64,000 nucleotides of DNA from an uncultured archaeon (lineage in GTDB: Archaea > Asgardarchaeota > Heimdallarchaeia > Heimdallarchaeales > Heimdallarchaeaceae), in NCBI GenBank assembly GCA_964534625.1, contig CAZHRF010000001.1:32001-96000 (forward strand), read 5' to 3'. This document shows positions 36,892 through 51,508 of this stretch, one piece after another. The first letter of the stretch is position 1; each line of letters begins with the position of its first letter. A model generated the notes under the pieces. The model did not search any database. It was not told the DNA's origin and saw only the letters and a list, made by a program, of their open reading frames with translations. Made by a program: the position numbers and the translations under genes.

Positions 36892-38424
36892 ATGATAGAT
36901 GAATTTAATTTTGCCTTTTTTCCATACCGACTTGTACAAATAATTTATAAAATTTGTATGAATGTTCTATCAATGAAAGATTGGACGTTAATATATGATA
37001 AAATAGCAAAGCATGCCATTGACGTCATTTCTAATTTTGATGATATTATACTTGGATTTAATGTTAATGTTGATAAAGTGATATATATTAGCCCAGCTGT
37101 ATTAGATGAACTATTATTGGAATTAGAAATCGAAAAGAAGGGATTAATGGACTCCTTTGATAAAGTTCCTGCTAAAATTTCAACCCCTATGGATTTAATA
37201 TTTTGTTTGATAAATTCAATTAGTAAAGGAATAGCTGATGAAAAATTAATAGTTTCTGATGATCTCAATGAATGGATCGAGAACCATTTTATAATCGAAG
37301 AAAAAAAAATAGGTGGTCAAGCGGGAATTATGGCAAATATGCTTTCTGATATCGGATTAAAAAATATTTTAATTAGCGTTCCAGCTTTTCAAAGAGAACT
37401 TAAACCTTTATTGAACCCCAATATAAAAGTAGGAGTGAGAAAAAATGGTTCCTGTGCAATGAGACCAATAAATGAGATGAATTTTGAAGATCAAGGGAAT
37501 CTTAGTCATTATATATTCGAGTTCAAACAAGGCAAATATCTTTTTGATTATATCGATTGTAAGCGTGATAATCGTTTTATTGCTTCTTCAGATCATTTGA
37601 ATACTACACTTAAGATTAATTCAGGATTTAAATATTGTAGCAAACAAAATATATCCGTTTTTAAACTAGCCATTATTTCTGGCTTTCATTTAATCAACAG
37701 TGAGAACAATAAGTATAGTAATTATAAAAGTCTGTTCTCCAATGTAGAGCAATTGTTAGCTGTATGGAAAAGAAAACATGCCTGCCTTCTTATTCACCTA
37801 GAATTAGCGGCTTTTTCTGATGATTTACTAAAGTCTTTTGTGATCAATAGGATTTTTCCGAGAATTGATTCTTTAGGATTAAATGAACAAGAATTGCTAT
37901 CATTGTTGATACATTTCGATCGCGAATTGTACCAAGAACTTCGCAATGAAATGAACGCGATTAATTTATTCAAGGGATTACATAAGTTATGGAAATCGTT
38001 TCCTAAAATAAGGTTCCATTTACATTATTTAGACTTTTATTTGGTCCTCTCCAAATCCATTACAAAAGATTTATTGATATATAGGCGAAATTCGTTAGTA
38101 TTTGCGGCACTTATGGGGTACCAAAAAGCAAAAACGGGTTCTATTAAATCATTAGATGATTTGAGGTGTTATCCCTCTAAAGTGTCTTCAAAAGGTTGGA
38201 AACACCTAACATCTTTGAATGAATATCTTTTGTCCTATTATAATGGAACTTGTTCTTTAATTGATGACGGTTTTTTCTATACTAAAGAATTTGCATTAAA
38301 TGCTATACCTACTGTTATGGTTAAAAAACCAAAATCTTTAGTAGGCTTAGGTGATACCATCTCTCTTTCTTCAATATTAGCAGAACAAGCATTTAAGTAT
38401 CAACCTAAACTCAAAAAAAATTAG
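36892..38424 (+). CDS. ADP-dependent glucokinase/phosphofructokinase (start probably 36958 or 36973)
   Basis: GFNVNVD, IGGQAGIMAN, HYIFEF, NRFI, SGFH, SLGLNEQEL, VGLGDTIS. Confidence 0.93.
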   Translation: MIDEFNFAFFPYRLVQIIYKICMNVLSMKDWTLIYDKIAKHAIDVISNFDDIILGFNVNVDKVIYISPAVLDELLLELEIEKKGLMDSFDKVPAKISTPMDLIFCLINSISKGIADEKLIVSDDLNEWIENHFIIEEKKIGGQAGIMANMLSDIGLKNILISVPAFQRELKPLLNPNIKVGVRKNGSCAMRPINEMNFEDQGNLSHYIFEFKQGKYLFDYIDCKRDNRFIASSDHLNTTLKINSGFKYCSKQNISVFKLAIISGFHLINSENNKYSNYKSLFSNVEQLLAVWKRKHACLLIHLELAAFSDDLLKSFVINRIFPRIDSLGLNEQELLSLLIHFDRELYQELRNEMNAINLFKGLHKLWKSFPKIRFHLHYLDFYLVLSKSITKDLLIYRRNSLVFAALMGYQKAKTGSIKSLDDLRCYPSKVSSKGWKHLTSLNEYLLSYYNGTCSLIDDGFFYTKEFALNAIPTVMVKKPKSLVGLGDTISLSSILAEQAFKYQPKLKKN

Positions 38425-38499
38425 GTGTTTAAATACCGTTATATCCTAAATATCTTAAGGGAAATAGACATAATCAAATGAAAAAAAGAATATTTTCTA

Positions 38500-39882
38500 A
38501 TGGATGTTGTTCAAGTGGATAATAAAGAAAATACTGATGTAAATAAGGTTGTATGGAACCAATTAGGCGACAAAATTGGGATGTTCGTATTTAAATTAAA
38601 AAAAAAGAACTTATGCAACTGTAGAAACATATTAGAGAGACTATCATCTAAACATATCCCTTTTTCTCTGCATTTTTGTGATAATGAAATACATTTGGTA
38701 ATCTATATAGAAGATTTAGAAAAAAGAAATGGTAATTCAGAACAAATCAATAAAAAGATTATTGAAGAATTTACCGAATCATCCTTTGCTGCACAAGTAT
38801 ATGCGCATGATTTTTTTAAACTAAAACATAACAAAATATCTATAAGGGAAAATCTTATTGAATTAAAGACAAATAAGCAGAAATCAATGCTTTTTTTTGG
38901 TTACATACTCCAAAAAACTAATGAAAAAGTACAAAATATTACCCAGAAATATAAACAATTTTATGAATTGGTCAACAACACAGGAAAATTTAGTTTTGTA
39001 CTTTCCCAGAGTTCAGAAAAAAACAAAAATAATACTAACTCATGGTCTTTTTTTTTCTATTCAACTAGTTATAACTATAAAGAATTGAACAATTTAAAAG
39101 ATTTGTTACACAAGGTGTTTAGTTTAGCTTCTGTTAACTTAGAATGGGAATTAAGACAGTTAACTTGTAGTGAGATAGAGTCACATTATGCTAGTTTTTG
39201 TTATTATAGGCCTTGGATAAAACATAAAGGAAATATCCTTGAAATAATTGATAGTATATTACCAGTTAAAAAATTAAGTCGTAAAAATGAATTATTAGTT
39301 GATAAGACGCACATAAGTCATCAAATAAAACAACCTTTATCTATTGATATTAAATCACCTTTACCTTCTGTTAAAACTTTATTTCCAGAACAATTTGAAA
39401 AAAATAGAAAAGAAGGAGCTCATGATTCTGTAGTCTTAGATCATGTTCCAGATGTTTTGACCACAAGAAATGAGCTTAAAGCTGAAAAACCCGATTCAAA
39501 TTCCCAAATATCAATGAATCCAAGATTGTTCATAAAAAAATTTTTTATCAAACTAAATTTCAAAGAAACTTCTATTTTTGAAGATAATTTTGATTTTGTA
39601 TTAAGGAAAAATTCTTTTTACATTTTAGTAAAATCTTTTGAGCTAGGACTGACATTAGATGATGCCCATAAACTCGTATCAAGACTTGAATTCATAAAAC
39701 GGTTCCAAAACAAGTTTCTATGTATAGTTGTAACTGATAAAATAGAGAATGAAATTCATGAGTTCTTTAAAGAATATAATATACTTTTAATTGAGAATAA
39801 TCTATGCTTATCCAAAGAATATTTTGAAGACAAATTGTATGATAAATTATTATACTCTAATCTTCCCGCACCTATAATGTAA
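38500..39882 (+). CDS. Hypothetical protein with a C-terminal restriction-endonuclease-like (PD-(D/E)xK, probably degenerate) domain
   Basis: Long ORF; C-terminal FFIKLNFK...FDFVLRK..FYILVK...CIVVT...FKEYNILLI pattern resembles the Mrr-like fold. Confidence 0.45.
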   Translation: MDVVQVDNKENTDVNKVVWNQLGDKIGMFVFKLKKKNLCNCRNILERLSSKHIPFSLHFCDNEIHLVIYIEDLEKRNGNSEQINKKIIEEFTESSFAAQVYAHDFFKLKHNKISIRENLIELKTNKQKSMLFFGYILQKTNEKVQNITQKYKQFYELVNNTGKFSFVLSQSSEKNKNNTNSWSFFFYSTSYNYKELNNLKDLLHKVFSLASVNLEWELRQLTCSEIESHYASFCYYRPWIKHKGNILEIIDSILPVKKLSRKNELLVDKTHISHQIKQPLSIDIKSPLPSVKTLFPEQFEKNRKEGAHDSVVLDHVPDVLTTRNELKAEKPDSNSQISMNPRLFIKKFFIKLNFKETSIFEDNFDFVLRKNSFYILVKSFELGLTLDDAHKLVSRLEFIKRFQNKFLCIVVTDKIENEIHEFFKEYNILLIENNLCLSKEYFEDKLYDKLLYSNLPAPIM

Positions 39883-40085
39883 TCTATGATACGCGCAATC
39901 TAATTTTTTTATTTGAGAGATCCATAATGTTTTTAAACCATTCATTTTGTTCCGCATTGTGTTAATAGAGCTAAAAGTGGAACCTACTTTCTGTGGTAAA
40001 TCAAAAGTTTTTTAATAAATTCTAAAACCATGAAAATAAGAGTAAATAATTGATTTATCTTATAATTAAGAAAAGTTAGGATTGT

Positions 40086-40538
40086 GTGATTATAATGACC
40101 GGTAGTAAAAGCCCAAAAGGAGAATTTGCAGCAAGAAAATTACAACAGAAGAGAAAACATTTTAGATGGAAAGATATTAAATATAAAAGGAAAATGCTTA
40201 GACTGGATAGAAAGGCGGATCCATTAGAAGGCGCTCCAGCAGCCAAAGGTATTGTAGTTGAAAAATATGGCGTTGAAAGTAAACAACCTAATTCCGCCTT
40301 ACGTAAATGTGTTCGTGTTCGCTTAAACAAAAATGGAAAGCAAATAGGTGCTTTTGTTCCTCATGATGGAGGGCTCCTATATATTGATGAACATGATGAA
40401 GTTATTCTTACCAGTATTGGTGGTTCAATGAAAGGAGCAAAAGGTGATCTGCCTGGAATTAAGTGGCAAGTAACTCACATTAATGGTGTAGGAATTGAAC
40501 AAATCGTTTTAGGTCGTAAACAAAAACCTCAAAGATAA
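40086..40538 (+). CDS. rps12: 30S ribosomal protein uS12 (start probably 40095)
   Basis: [25 protein letters not shown]. Confidence 0.98.
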   Translation: MIIMTGSKSPKGEFAARKLQQKRKHFRWKDIKYKRKMLRLDRKADPLEGAPAAKGIVVEKYGVESKQPNSALRKCVRVRLNKNGKQIGAFVPHDGGLLYIDEHDEVILTSIGGSMKGAKGDLPGIKWQVTHINGVGIEQIVLGRKQKPQR

Positions 40539-40689
40539 AAACCTCTTTATTTGTTTCTTTACGATGGTCTTATATAGACCTATCTTCTTCTACTATTATA
40601 GTCGGTATAATCCGTACTGAGTAACATTACATGTAATAAATGTAATAATGCTCAATCTTAATACATTATAAAATAAAAAGGCGATAATT

Positions 40690-41106
40690 ATGAGTGAAAG
40701 TGATATTGAAGCTGTTAGAGCCACACAGTTAAAAGCAGGAAATCATATTGTTAAGGATGGAGATATTTATCTAATTCGTGAAACGGAGAAGTCTAAAGCT
40801 GGAAAACATGGCCATGCTAAATGCAGAATAAAAATTGAAAACATATTTACTGGTAGTAGAACGGAAATTACTGTACCTGGAGACACAAAACTGCAATCCC
40901 CAATAATTGATAAACGCACAGCTCAAGTTCTAAACATTACTAGTGATAGTGTTCAATTGATGGATATGGAATCTTATGAAACTTTTGAAACTATACTTCC
41001 CACTGAAGAAGAAATTAGAGAAGATCTCAAAAAAGGTGAACCACCCGTATATGTTGAATATTGGAGAGTCATCGGTAAAAGACGAATTATGCGTATAAAA
41101 CCATAA
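40690..41106 (+). CDS. eif5a: Translation factor aIF5A/eIF5A
   Basis: Hypusine loop KAGKHGHAK, IFTG, QLMDMESYETFE. Confidence 0.97.
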   Translation: MSESDIEAVRATQLKAGNHIVKDGDIYLIRETEKSKAGKHGHAKCRIKIENIFTGSRTEITVPGDTKLQSPIIDKRTAQVLNITSDSVQLMDMESYETFETILPTEEEIREDLKKGEPPVYVEYWRVIGKRRIMRIKP

Positions 41107-41138
41107 GTTTTTATGTTTTTATTTTTCTTCCTGTTTTT

Positions 41139-41215
41139 GGGCCGATAGATCAGCCTGGTAGATCGCGACGTTCGCAACGTCGAAGCCTCGGGTTCAAATC
41201 CCGATCGGTCCACCA
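41139..41215 (+). tRNA. tRNA-Ala(CGC)
   Basis: GGGCCGA/TCGGTCC with G3:U70; anticodon arm CGACG-TTCGCAA-CGTCG; ACCA. Confidence 0.97.
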
Positions 41216-41307
41216 AAGGCAGTTTCAGATATAAAATGCGTTTTTGTCGATACTTTTATTAAAATGTAAACTATCAATAATATAGATAAAAAAACAGAGG
41301 AATGTAA

Positions 41308-42681
41308 ATGAAGAACTCCTTAGATTTTGTCAGGACAATTAGGGACCCAATTTATGATGAAGTTAGATTGACAGAAATAGAAAACAAAATTATTGACACA
41401 CCTATATTTCAGAGATTACGTTGGATTAGTCAATTATCTGGTGTTAAACACGTTTATCCATCAGCTGTTCATACTAGACTAGCACATAGTATTGGGGTTA
41501 TGCACTTAGCTGGTAGGTATGCAGAAGAAGTGTTTAAAAAACATGAAGATGTGGCATATAAAGTTCAAAAAATACGGCTAGCGGGATTGCTTCATGATAT
41601 TGGTCATGGTCCTTTCTCCCATCAATTCGATGATATTGTTTTCAAAAAAGTTTATCCTACTATACCTCATGGTCATGATCATCACAGAGATATTATTATC
41701 CAGTCTGATTTATTAGTAGATTTAATTGAAGAATTTTGTAATACAGAAGAACTTATGGCAATTTGGAATGGAACAGATAACTTAATGCACCCTCTAATTC
41801 AAGGAGCACTTGGAGCCGACAGGTTAGATTTTATGTTACGCGATTCAACATTTGCAGGAACATTGCATTTTGGCATTATCCCAGTAAGTAGAATTATAAA
41901 TAACACAACAATATATGAACATCAAGCCAGAGATGCAATCCATTATAATTGGAAAGTTTTGGATGATATTTATTCGAGTCTTATAGGTAGATTCTTTGAG
42001 TACAAAAACGTTTACTTTCATAAAGCATCACGTGCTGTAGATATAGCTATACAGGCGTTTTTAGAAGAAGCAACTGAACCATTAGAGTTAATTGAACGAA
42101 CTACTGATTTAACAAAGTATACGTATTTAAATGAATATACCTTATTGGGTGAAATATTTACAAGTTCTCGAGAAGAGTTAAAAAAAGCTAGAATAATAGT
42201 TAAAGATTTATTTGATAGACGACTATATAAAGCCGTTTGGGAAAAAATTATTGATGAAACTACTGCAACTGAACTGGGGATCACAGTAGAAGATTTGTGT
42301 AACCTAACAGCTCAGAAGTCATTTATCAATAGAATCCAAGAATATTGCAATAATAATGGTGTTCAACTAAAATACAAAATGAAAATTGATTCTACCTACA
42401 AATTATCTACAATAAATGAAGAAGAATTCCAAGCATCAAATATTTTTATTTATGATCCCTATGATAAAATAAGACCAGGTACAAAATCTTTTACACTGAA
42501 TGATGCTTTAAATACAACTCGATATATAGCTAATTTTTCGGGTCCCAAAGCTTATAATTCCTTATTTAAGCTGGTAAGGGTATATGCACATCCTGATGAC
42601 GCTAAAATTGTCAAAAATATTTGGAAACAAATTCAACCTGAAAAAGATCAGAAAAAAGACGTATCTTTAACTTCTTACTAG
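41308..42681 (+). CDS. HD-domain phosphohydrolase, SAMHD1/YwfO-like dNTPase
   Basis: IRDPIY, FQRLR.I.QL, HTRLAHSIG, LLHDIGHGPFSH, ADRLDF, VYFHK. Confidence 0.93.
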   Translation: MKNSLDFVRTIRDPIYDEVRLTEIENKIIDTPIFQRLRWISQLSGVKHVYPSAVHTRLAHSIGVMHLAGRYAEEVFKKHEDVAYKVQKIRLAGLLHDIGHGPFSHQFDDIVFKKVYPTIPHGHDHHRDIIIQSDLLVDLIEEFCNTEELMAIWNGTDNLMHPLIQGALGADRLDFMLRDSTFAGTLHFGIIPVSRIINNTTIYEHQARDAIHYNWKVLDDIYSSLIGRFFEYKNVYFHKASRAVDIAIQAFLEEATEPLELIERTTDLTKYTYLNEYTLLGEIFTSSREELKKARIIVKDLFDRRLYKAVWEKIIDETTATELGITVEDLCNLTAQKSFINRIQEYCNNNGVQLKYKMKIDSTYKLSTINEEEFQASNIFIYDPYDKIRPGTKSFTLNDALNTTRYIANFSGPKAYNSLFKLVRVYAHPDDAKIVKNIWKQIQPEKDQKKDVSLTSY

Positions 42682-42929
42682 TATAATTTAAAAATTGACA
42701 CATAGCGAGTAGTTTAGTTAAATTATACTTGCATTCTTCAGTTTGAAATGGAATTTCATTTTTTTAATCATTTCTTTTTTCTTCCACTACCTCTCTTTAT
42801 TGTCCAAATTTTTATTAGAAAATTACAAAAAAATCGTACTTTTTATCTAAAAAGTAAATAAGAATAGAGAGATACTGAAATTATACTATGAGTCACAATT
42901 TGGAATAGTTTTAGTTAGAATCTTTAATT

Positions 42930-46837
<3,908 letters not shown>

Positions 46838-47009
46838 TTAATCTTTCTCCAAAAAACTTTGATTCTCTCCACTAACCAAATCAATTACTCTCAATTGATT
46901 TCCCTTCCGTCTTGATAAAAAGGTTTTGATTTTTAACTAATGTTTTCTTTTTGATCTAAACTTAAAGGGTATTTTAATTATATGTATTTTAATTAAAAAT
47001 TAGTAAAAG

Positions 47010-47121
47010 TGGCGCCCGAGCCGGGATTTGAACCCGGGTCGAGGGAGTTTTGCGTCCCTTGTCTGCGGTCTCGCAGGGGTCTTGACAGTCCCCCATCATG
47101 GCCGAGCTAAACTACTCGAGC
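47010..47121 (-). tRNA. tRNA-Asp(GTC) with 35-nt intron at 37/38 (47048-47082)
   Basis: GCTCGAG...CTCGGGC-GCCA; GGGGA-CTGTCA|C-TCCCT; relaxed BHB. Confidence 0.93.
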
Positions 47122-47343
47122 TTTTTGGTAATTTTGCTTTTTTTGTGCTATTTTTATGAGAAACACTTTCCCATTTAAACTTGTCGTTTTTGAACAGCTT
47201 GGTGTATTTACTTTTATTTAAATAATATATTCTAAGAGTCTTAACTTTCATTTCATCAACTGTTTACTCTTTGATGGAGAAACGAAACTTGGTAAAGAAG
47301 CATATATTATTAAATTAGTTTTTATACATGATATTGATGGCTT

Positions 47344-47820
47344 ATGACAAAAGCAAAGATAAAAACTAATAAAGGACTAATATTTATTGGATTTTTTGAC
47401 CAATCAACACCTAATACTGTGAAAAATTTTGTTGTTTTAGCTAAATCCCATTTTTATGATGATGTAACTTTTCACAGAGTAATTCCCAATTTTGTTGTAC
47501 AAGGTGGAGATCCAGATGGAACTGGGCGTGGAGGCCCAGGTTATACCATACCCGATGAATTCGCCAATGATAAACAAAAACATACCTTGGGCGCTATCTC
47601 CATGGCTAATACAGGTGAACCAAATTCAAATGGCTCACAATTTTTCATAGTTTTGAATCCTGATAATTGTAAACATTTGGATAACAAGCACACAGTTTTT
47701 GGACAGGTAATTGAGGGAATGGAGACTGTAAACAAAATTGAGCAAGGAGATAAAATCTTAAAAGTAAATATTATCGAAGAAAGTGATTTGATCAAAAATC
47801 ATCAGTTAACAAGATTGTAA
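47344..47820 (+). CDS. Cyclophilin-type peptidyl-prolyl isomerase
   Basis: FHRVIPNFVVQGGDP.GTG.GGPG, SMANTG.PNSNGSQFFI, HTVFG. Confidence 0.97.
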   Translation: MTKAKIKTNKGLIFIGFFDQSTPNTVKNFVVLAKSHFYDDVTFHRVIPNFVVQGGDPDGTGRGGPGYTIPDEFANDKQKHTLGAISMANTGEPNSNGSQFFIVLNPDNCKHLDNKHTVFGQVIEGMETVNKIEQGDKILKVNIIEESDLIKNHQLTRL

Positions 47821-47916
47821 TTTCTTACATTTTTTAAATCGATATATATGTAAACTGTTTTTGATTTTAAACCCTTTAGATAGCGTAGGGGTAGATGTAA
47901 AAAATTTTGAGACATA

Positions 47917-48038
47917 TGGTGGCTCGGAGGGGTTTCGATCCCCTGACCTCAAGATTTCCCATCCGAGGTTCTAGACTGGAACTAGCCCTTTTAATCAAGA
48001 TTATGAGTCTTGCGCTCCACCGTCTGAGCTACCGAGCC
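47917..48038 (-). tRNA. tRNA-Met(CAT), elongator type, with 46-nt intron at 37/38 (47956-48001)
   Basis: GGCTCGG...CCGAGCC-ACCA; CAAGA-CTCATA|A-TCTTG; canonical BHB; T-loop ATCGAAA. Confidence 0.9.
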
Positions 48039-48068
48039 ATTTTATTTCACTTTTTTCCACATGAAAGT

Positions 48069-48623
48069 TTATTCTTGTTTTTTAGTTAAATATTTTTGTA
48101 TCAAATCATGTCCTTTTCCTATTTTGTTTCGACAAGGAATAGGAAAACGTGTATTGGCTCTCTTTAAAGCTTCTACTGCATGGTCATAGAACCTTGCATA
48201 TGTCCTTATTGTAACTAGTTCTTGTCCCTCTTTTACTCTGGCAGCTCTATCAGTTGGTTTTCCAAATGATAATCTCATACCATCCTGGATACGATCTGCT
48301 CCAGCCACTGCCATCATTTTATTTTCTCGTAATATATGGTGTGGTTTAACTCTTATAGTCATATGGTAGTTCTTTATTCCAACTTTTTTCTGTAAATATC
48401 GGTTTACTGCCATTCTTGCGGCTTCTAAAGCCGTATGTCTAATTTGGCAGCTTTCATCAGCTGTCAAATGGAGGTGAACAGGAAATGTTTCTTTTCTGTT
48501 CCCAGAATCATAAGCTCTGATTCTTGAATCTGGTGCTCCTCTTACGTATTTTTTTGTTCTAGTATATGCAGGACCTTTTACTCGTCGATAACATCTAGCT
48601 GGTCTTTTACCCATAATTATCAC
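48069..48623 (-). CDS. rpl10e: 50S ribosomal protein uL16 (L10e; start probably 48614)
   Basis: MGKRPARCYR, ALEAAR, AGADRIQDGMR.SFGKP. Confidence 0.98.
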   Translation of the reverse strand: MIIMGKRPARCYRRVKGPAYTRTKKYVRGAPDSRIRAYDSGNRKETFPVHLHLTADESCQIRHTALEAARMAVNRYLQKKVGIKNYHMTIRVKPHHILRENKMMAVAGADRIQDGMRLSFGKPTDRAARVKEGQELVTIRTYARFYDHAVEALKRANTRFPIPCRNKIGKGHDLIQKYLTKKQE

Positions 48624-48647
48624 CTAATTTTATCTTAATTAATATCA

Positions 48648-49223
48648 TTATCTTGCAGAAAGGGCTATCCTTTCTAGTTCTTGTTTCTTTCTAACAGCAG
48701 AGCTATTTGAGTCTCCTGAGGCTGCCAACATTAATTCTTCGGATACTATTTCTTCTGCTGATTTTACATTATTGAAACTCTTTTGTATTATAGCAATTGA
48801 AAGATAACGGAGTGCAATATCAACCCTGCGAAGAGGTGCAATGTCTACACTACTGTGTTGTACAACACCACCATAAGTGATCCTTGTTGTTTCCTCTCTT
48901 GGAGCAGCATTACATATCGCATCAACTAATATTTGAATTGGATTTTTATCCGTTCGAAGATGTATTATTTCAAAAGCAACTTTAACAATATTGATTGCTC
49001 TTAACTTCTTTCCAGCATTTCTCTCTCTTCTCATGAGCTGATTGATAAATCTCTCAACAATATTCATTTCAGCTTTTTTAAATCTCTGGTCTTGATTTCT
49101 TCCGCCAGAATGAGGATAATAGATTGGTTTCAGTGATATATATCTTTGTAAACCCAAATCATTAATTTCTACATCCTCAAAGGACCATTTACCAAATAAT
49201 TTAATTGAATCTTCTTTGCTCAT
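48648..49223 (-). CDS. rps7: 30S ribosomal protein uS7
   Basis: KLFGKW, NPIQILVDAI.NAAPRE, ELERIALSAR. Confidence 0.98.
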   Translation of the reverse strand: MSKEDSIKLFGKWSFEDVEINDLGLQRYISLKPIYYPHSGGRNQDQRFKKAEMNIVERFINQLMRRERNAGKKLRAINIVKVAFEIIHLRTDKNPIQILVDAICNAAPREETTRITYGGVVQHSSVDIAPLRRVDIALRYLSIAIIQKSFNNVKSAEEIVSEELMLAASGDSNSSAVRKKQELERIALSAR

Positions 49224-49307
49224 TTTACTGTCCTCTTCTGATATTTAGCCAAACCCGATGATATTTAAAAATCTAATGTTGAAAGACCAACTTTAGATGT
49301 GAAAAAG

Positions 49308-50306
49308 TTAAAGTTTCATACGTTTAATTAGCCATGGAGCAAGTAATATGATTGTGGGTCCAAGAAGTGCATAACGAAGAATGTCTAAAGTGATTTCTAA
49401 CCATGGAACATGTACGATTATAGTTCCAAACAATATTTTTAATCCAAAATATATGGTTGAAAATGTAAGCATTGCAATTACAAAGCGAAGAATGTATTTC
49501 CACCACTTGTCAGTCTTTGTATCATAGTTTACAAAATGTTCTTCAACAGAATATGATAATGTAGCTGTAGCAAAAAGCGTAAGATATTTGATATTATTTA
49601 TAAAAGTTTCATGATTATCAATTAATAGCGTAAAAATAACAATAAAAATACTGAATAATCCGATAATTATTAAGAATTGATATTGAATTTTCATTTTTTT
49701 CATATAATTTGTAACTGGTTCTTCAAAAAGAACATACAAACCTAAGATAATTAATCCCAGTCCCAGTCCCATTAAAACATCTGTAAACCAATGAACTTGA
49801 AGATATATTCGTGAAAAACTCACCAAAGCTATTAGTAAAACTAGAGCAAGATTTATCCATCGTCTCTTAATCATTGTTATAAGTGTTCCAAATAATGTTG
49901 TTGGAAGTTGTGTATGACCACTTGGAAGACCTGGATCCGTTGCATTAACACGATAGTGTCGAGTACTATCTGGTCTAGGAAGATTGAAAGCATACTTTAA
50001 ACTCGTATTGATGAATGTTGAAAAAAATAGAACAAACATTGCTCTGAACCCTTTTTTCTTATTCCATATATAATAAAGTGATAACAAAATAAAAACATAA
50101 GATAAAAATTCGCCAATATTTGTGATGTAAAAAAACACCTCAGCGAGAAAAGTAGTCCTATTATTCAACAAGTAGTCAGAGATAAAAAGATCCAATTGAT
50201 TTCTCTCAGGGTATGAACTATAGACAATAATGAGTGATATAATAGAAGACATTAATCCAGTAATTATAAGCGTGATTCCGGCTTGTTTTTTATTCATAGA
50301 AAACAT
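49308..50306 (-). CDS. PAP2-family membrane lipid (pyro)phosphate phosphatase
   Basis: K..F.LPRP, PSGH, SRIYLQVHWFTDV; multi-TM. Confidence 0.93.
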   Translation of the reverse strand: MFSMNKKQAGITLIITGLMSSIISLIIVYSSYPERNQLDLFISDYLLNNRTTFLAEVFFYITNIGEFLSYVFILLSLYYIWNKKKGFRAMFVLFFSTFINTSLKYAFNLPRPDSTRHYRVNATDPGLPSGHTQLPTTLFGTLITMIKRRWINLALVLLIALVSFSRIYLQVHWFTDVLMGLGLGLIILGLYVLFEEPVTNYMKKMKIQYQFLIIIGLFSIFIVIFTLLIDNHETFINNIKYLTLFATATLSYSVEEHFVNYDTKTDKWWKYILRFVIAMLTFSTIYFGLKILFGTIIVHVPWLEITLDILRYALLGPTIILLAPWLIKRMKL

Positions 50307-50337
50307 ATCAAATACTCATAAATATATTTTTTGTGCG

Positions 50338-51477
50338 TTATTTATCAAGAATATTAACTACATCGATAAACTTCTGAATATCCTTTTCTGTATTAAAAAA
50401 ATGTGGTGATACTCTTATACCGTTGAATCTATTAGCACAGCTAATAGCTTTTTTTCGTAATAACAAAATCATTTCATTGGATTTAATCTTTTTTGGTATA
50501 AAATTGACAATTCCACTTATTTTATCTGATTCAATTGGTGATTGTAGTTCATAATTTTTATCTATGAGATTATCAAGTAACATTTTTACTAAATTTTTGA
50601 TATGTCGTTCAATTTTTGCTACTGAGATTTTCTGAATAAGCTTTATGGAATTATCTAAACCAAAAATATTAGAAAAGGCTGGATTCCCGATTTCAAATTT
50701 TCTACCGGTATTAGCAAATGTTTTATTTTTTAATGCATAACTATCCAAGGGGTCATAATTCAACCAACCTCTAAAAGGCGGATCTAGTTGTTTTGCTATT
50801 TCTCTCTTCACATAGAGAAAACCGACCCCTAATGGACCGACTAACCATTTATGTCCCCCACAGGCAATAAAATCAGCTTTAATTTGCTTGTTATCAAATT
50901 CTAACGCACCAATACCTTGGATTGCGTCAACTAATACCTTACAGTTATAATCGTGAGAAACTTTTATTATTTCTTTTAAAGGCATTTTTGCTCCACTAGA
51001 GTATTGAACAAATGAGATAGTTACCAATTTAGTACGATTAGATATCGCCTCGTTCACTTCTTCTGGAGTCACATAGCCTTTTTTGGCTTCAATTACTTTC
51101 ATTTTTGTCCCATATTTATCACATATGGCTTCCCATGGTGTATAATTGCTCGGGAATTCTAAATCACAAAGAACGATTTCATCTTCTTTCTTCCATGGTA
51201 AAGCATAAGCAATAGTATTAATCCCTTCTCCCGTGTTTTTTAAAAAGGATATTTCTTGTTTTTGCACATTAATTAAATCTGCAACAGTTTTTCTTGCTTG
51301 TTCCATATTTTTTAACCAGCTATCATATCGCTCCTCTCCATATCCTGCTCTTTCGTGCAAAAAAGTATTAATGGTCTGAATTGTGGAGACAGGTAATGGA
51401 CTTGTTGCCGCTGTGTTAAGATAAGTCATTTTTTTTGTTATTGGGAATTCTTTCTGGGTTTTTTCACTATTAATCAT
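50338..51477 (-). CDS. Class V PLP-dependent aminotransferase/cysteine desulfurase-like enzyme
   Basis: YLNTAA, DAIQGIG, GGHKWL.GPLG.G, RVSPHFFN. Confidence 0.92.
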   Translation of the reverse strand: MINSEKTQKEFPITKKMTYLNTAATSPLPVSTIQTINTFLHERAGYGEERYDSWLKNMEQARKTVADLINVQKQEISFLKNTGEGINTIAYALPWKKEDEIVLCDLEFPSNYTPWEAICDKYGTKMKVIEAKKGYVTPEEVNEAISNRTKLVTISFVQYSSGAKMPLKEIIKVSHDYNCKVLVDAIQGIGALEFDNKQIKADFIACGGHKWLVGPLGVGFLYVKREIAKQLDPPFRGWLNYDPLDSYALKNKTFANTGRKFEIGNPAFSNIFGLDNSIKLIQKISVAKIERHIKNLVKMLLDNLIDKNYELQSPIESDKISGIVNFIPKKIKSNEMILLLRKKAISCANRFNGIRVSPHFFNTEKDIQKFIDVVNILDK

Positions 51478-51508
51478 TTTTATTCTATATTAATATATAT
51501 GATATGAT

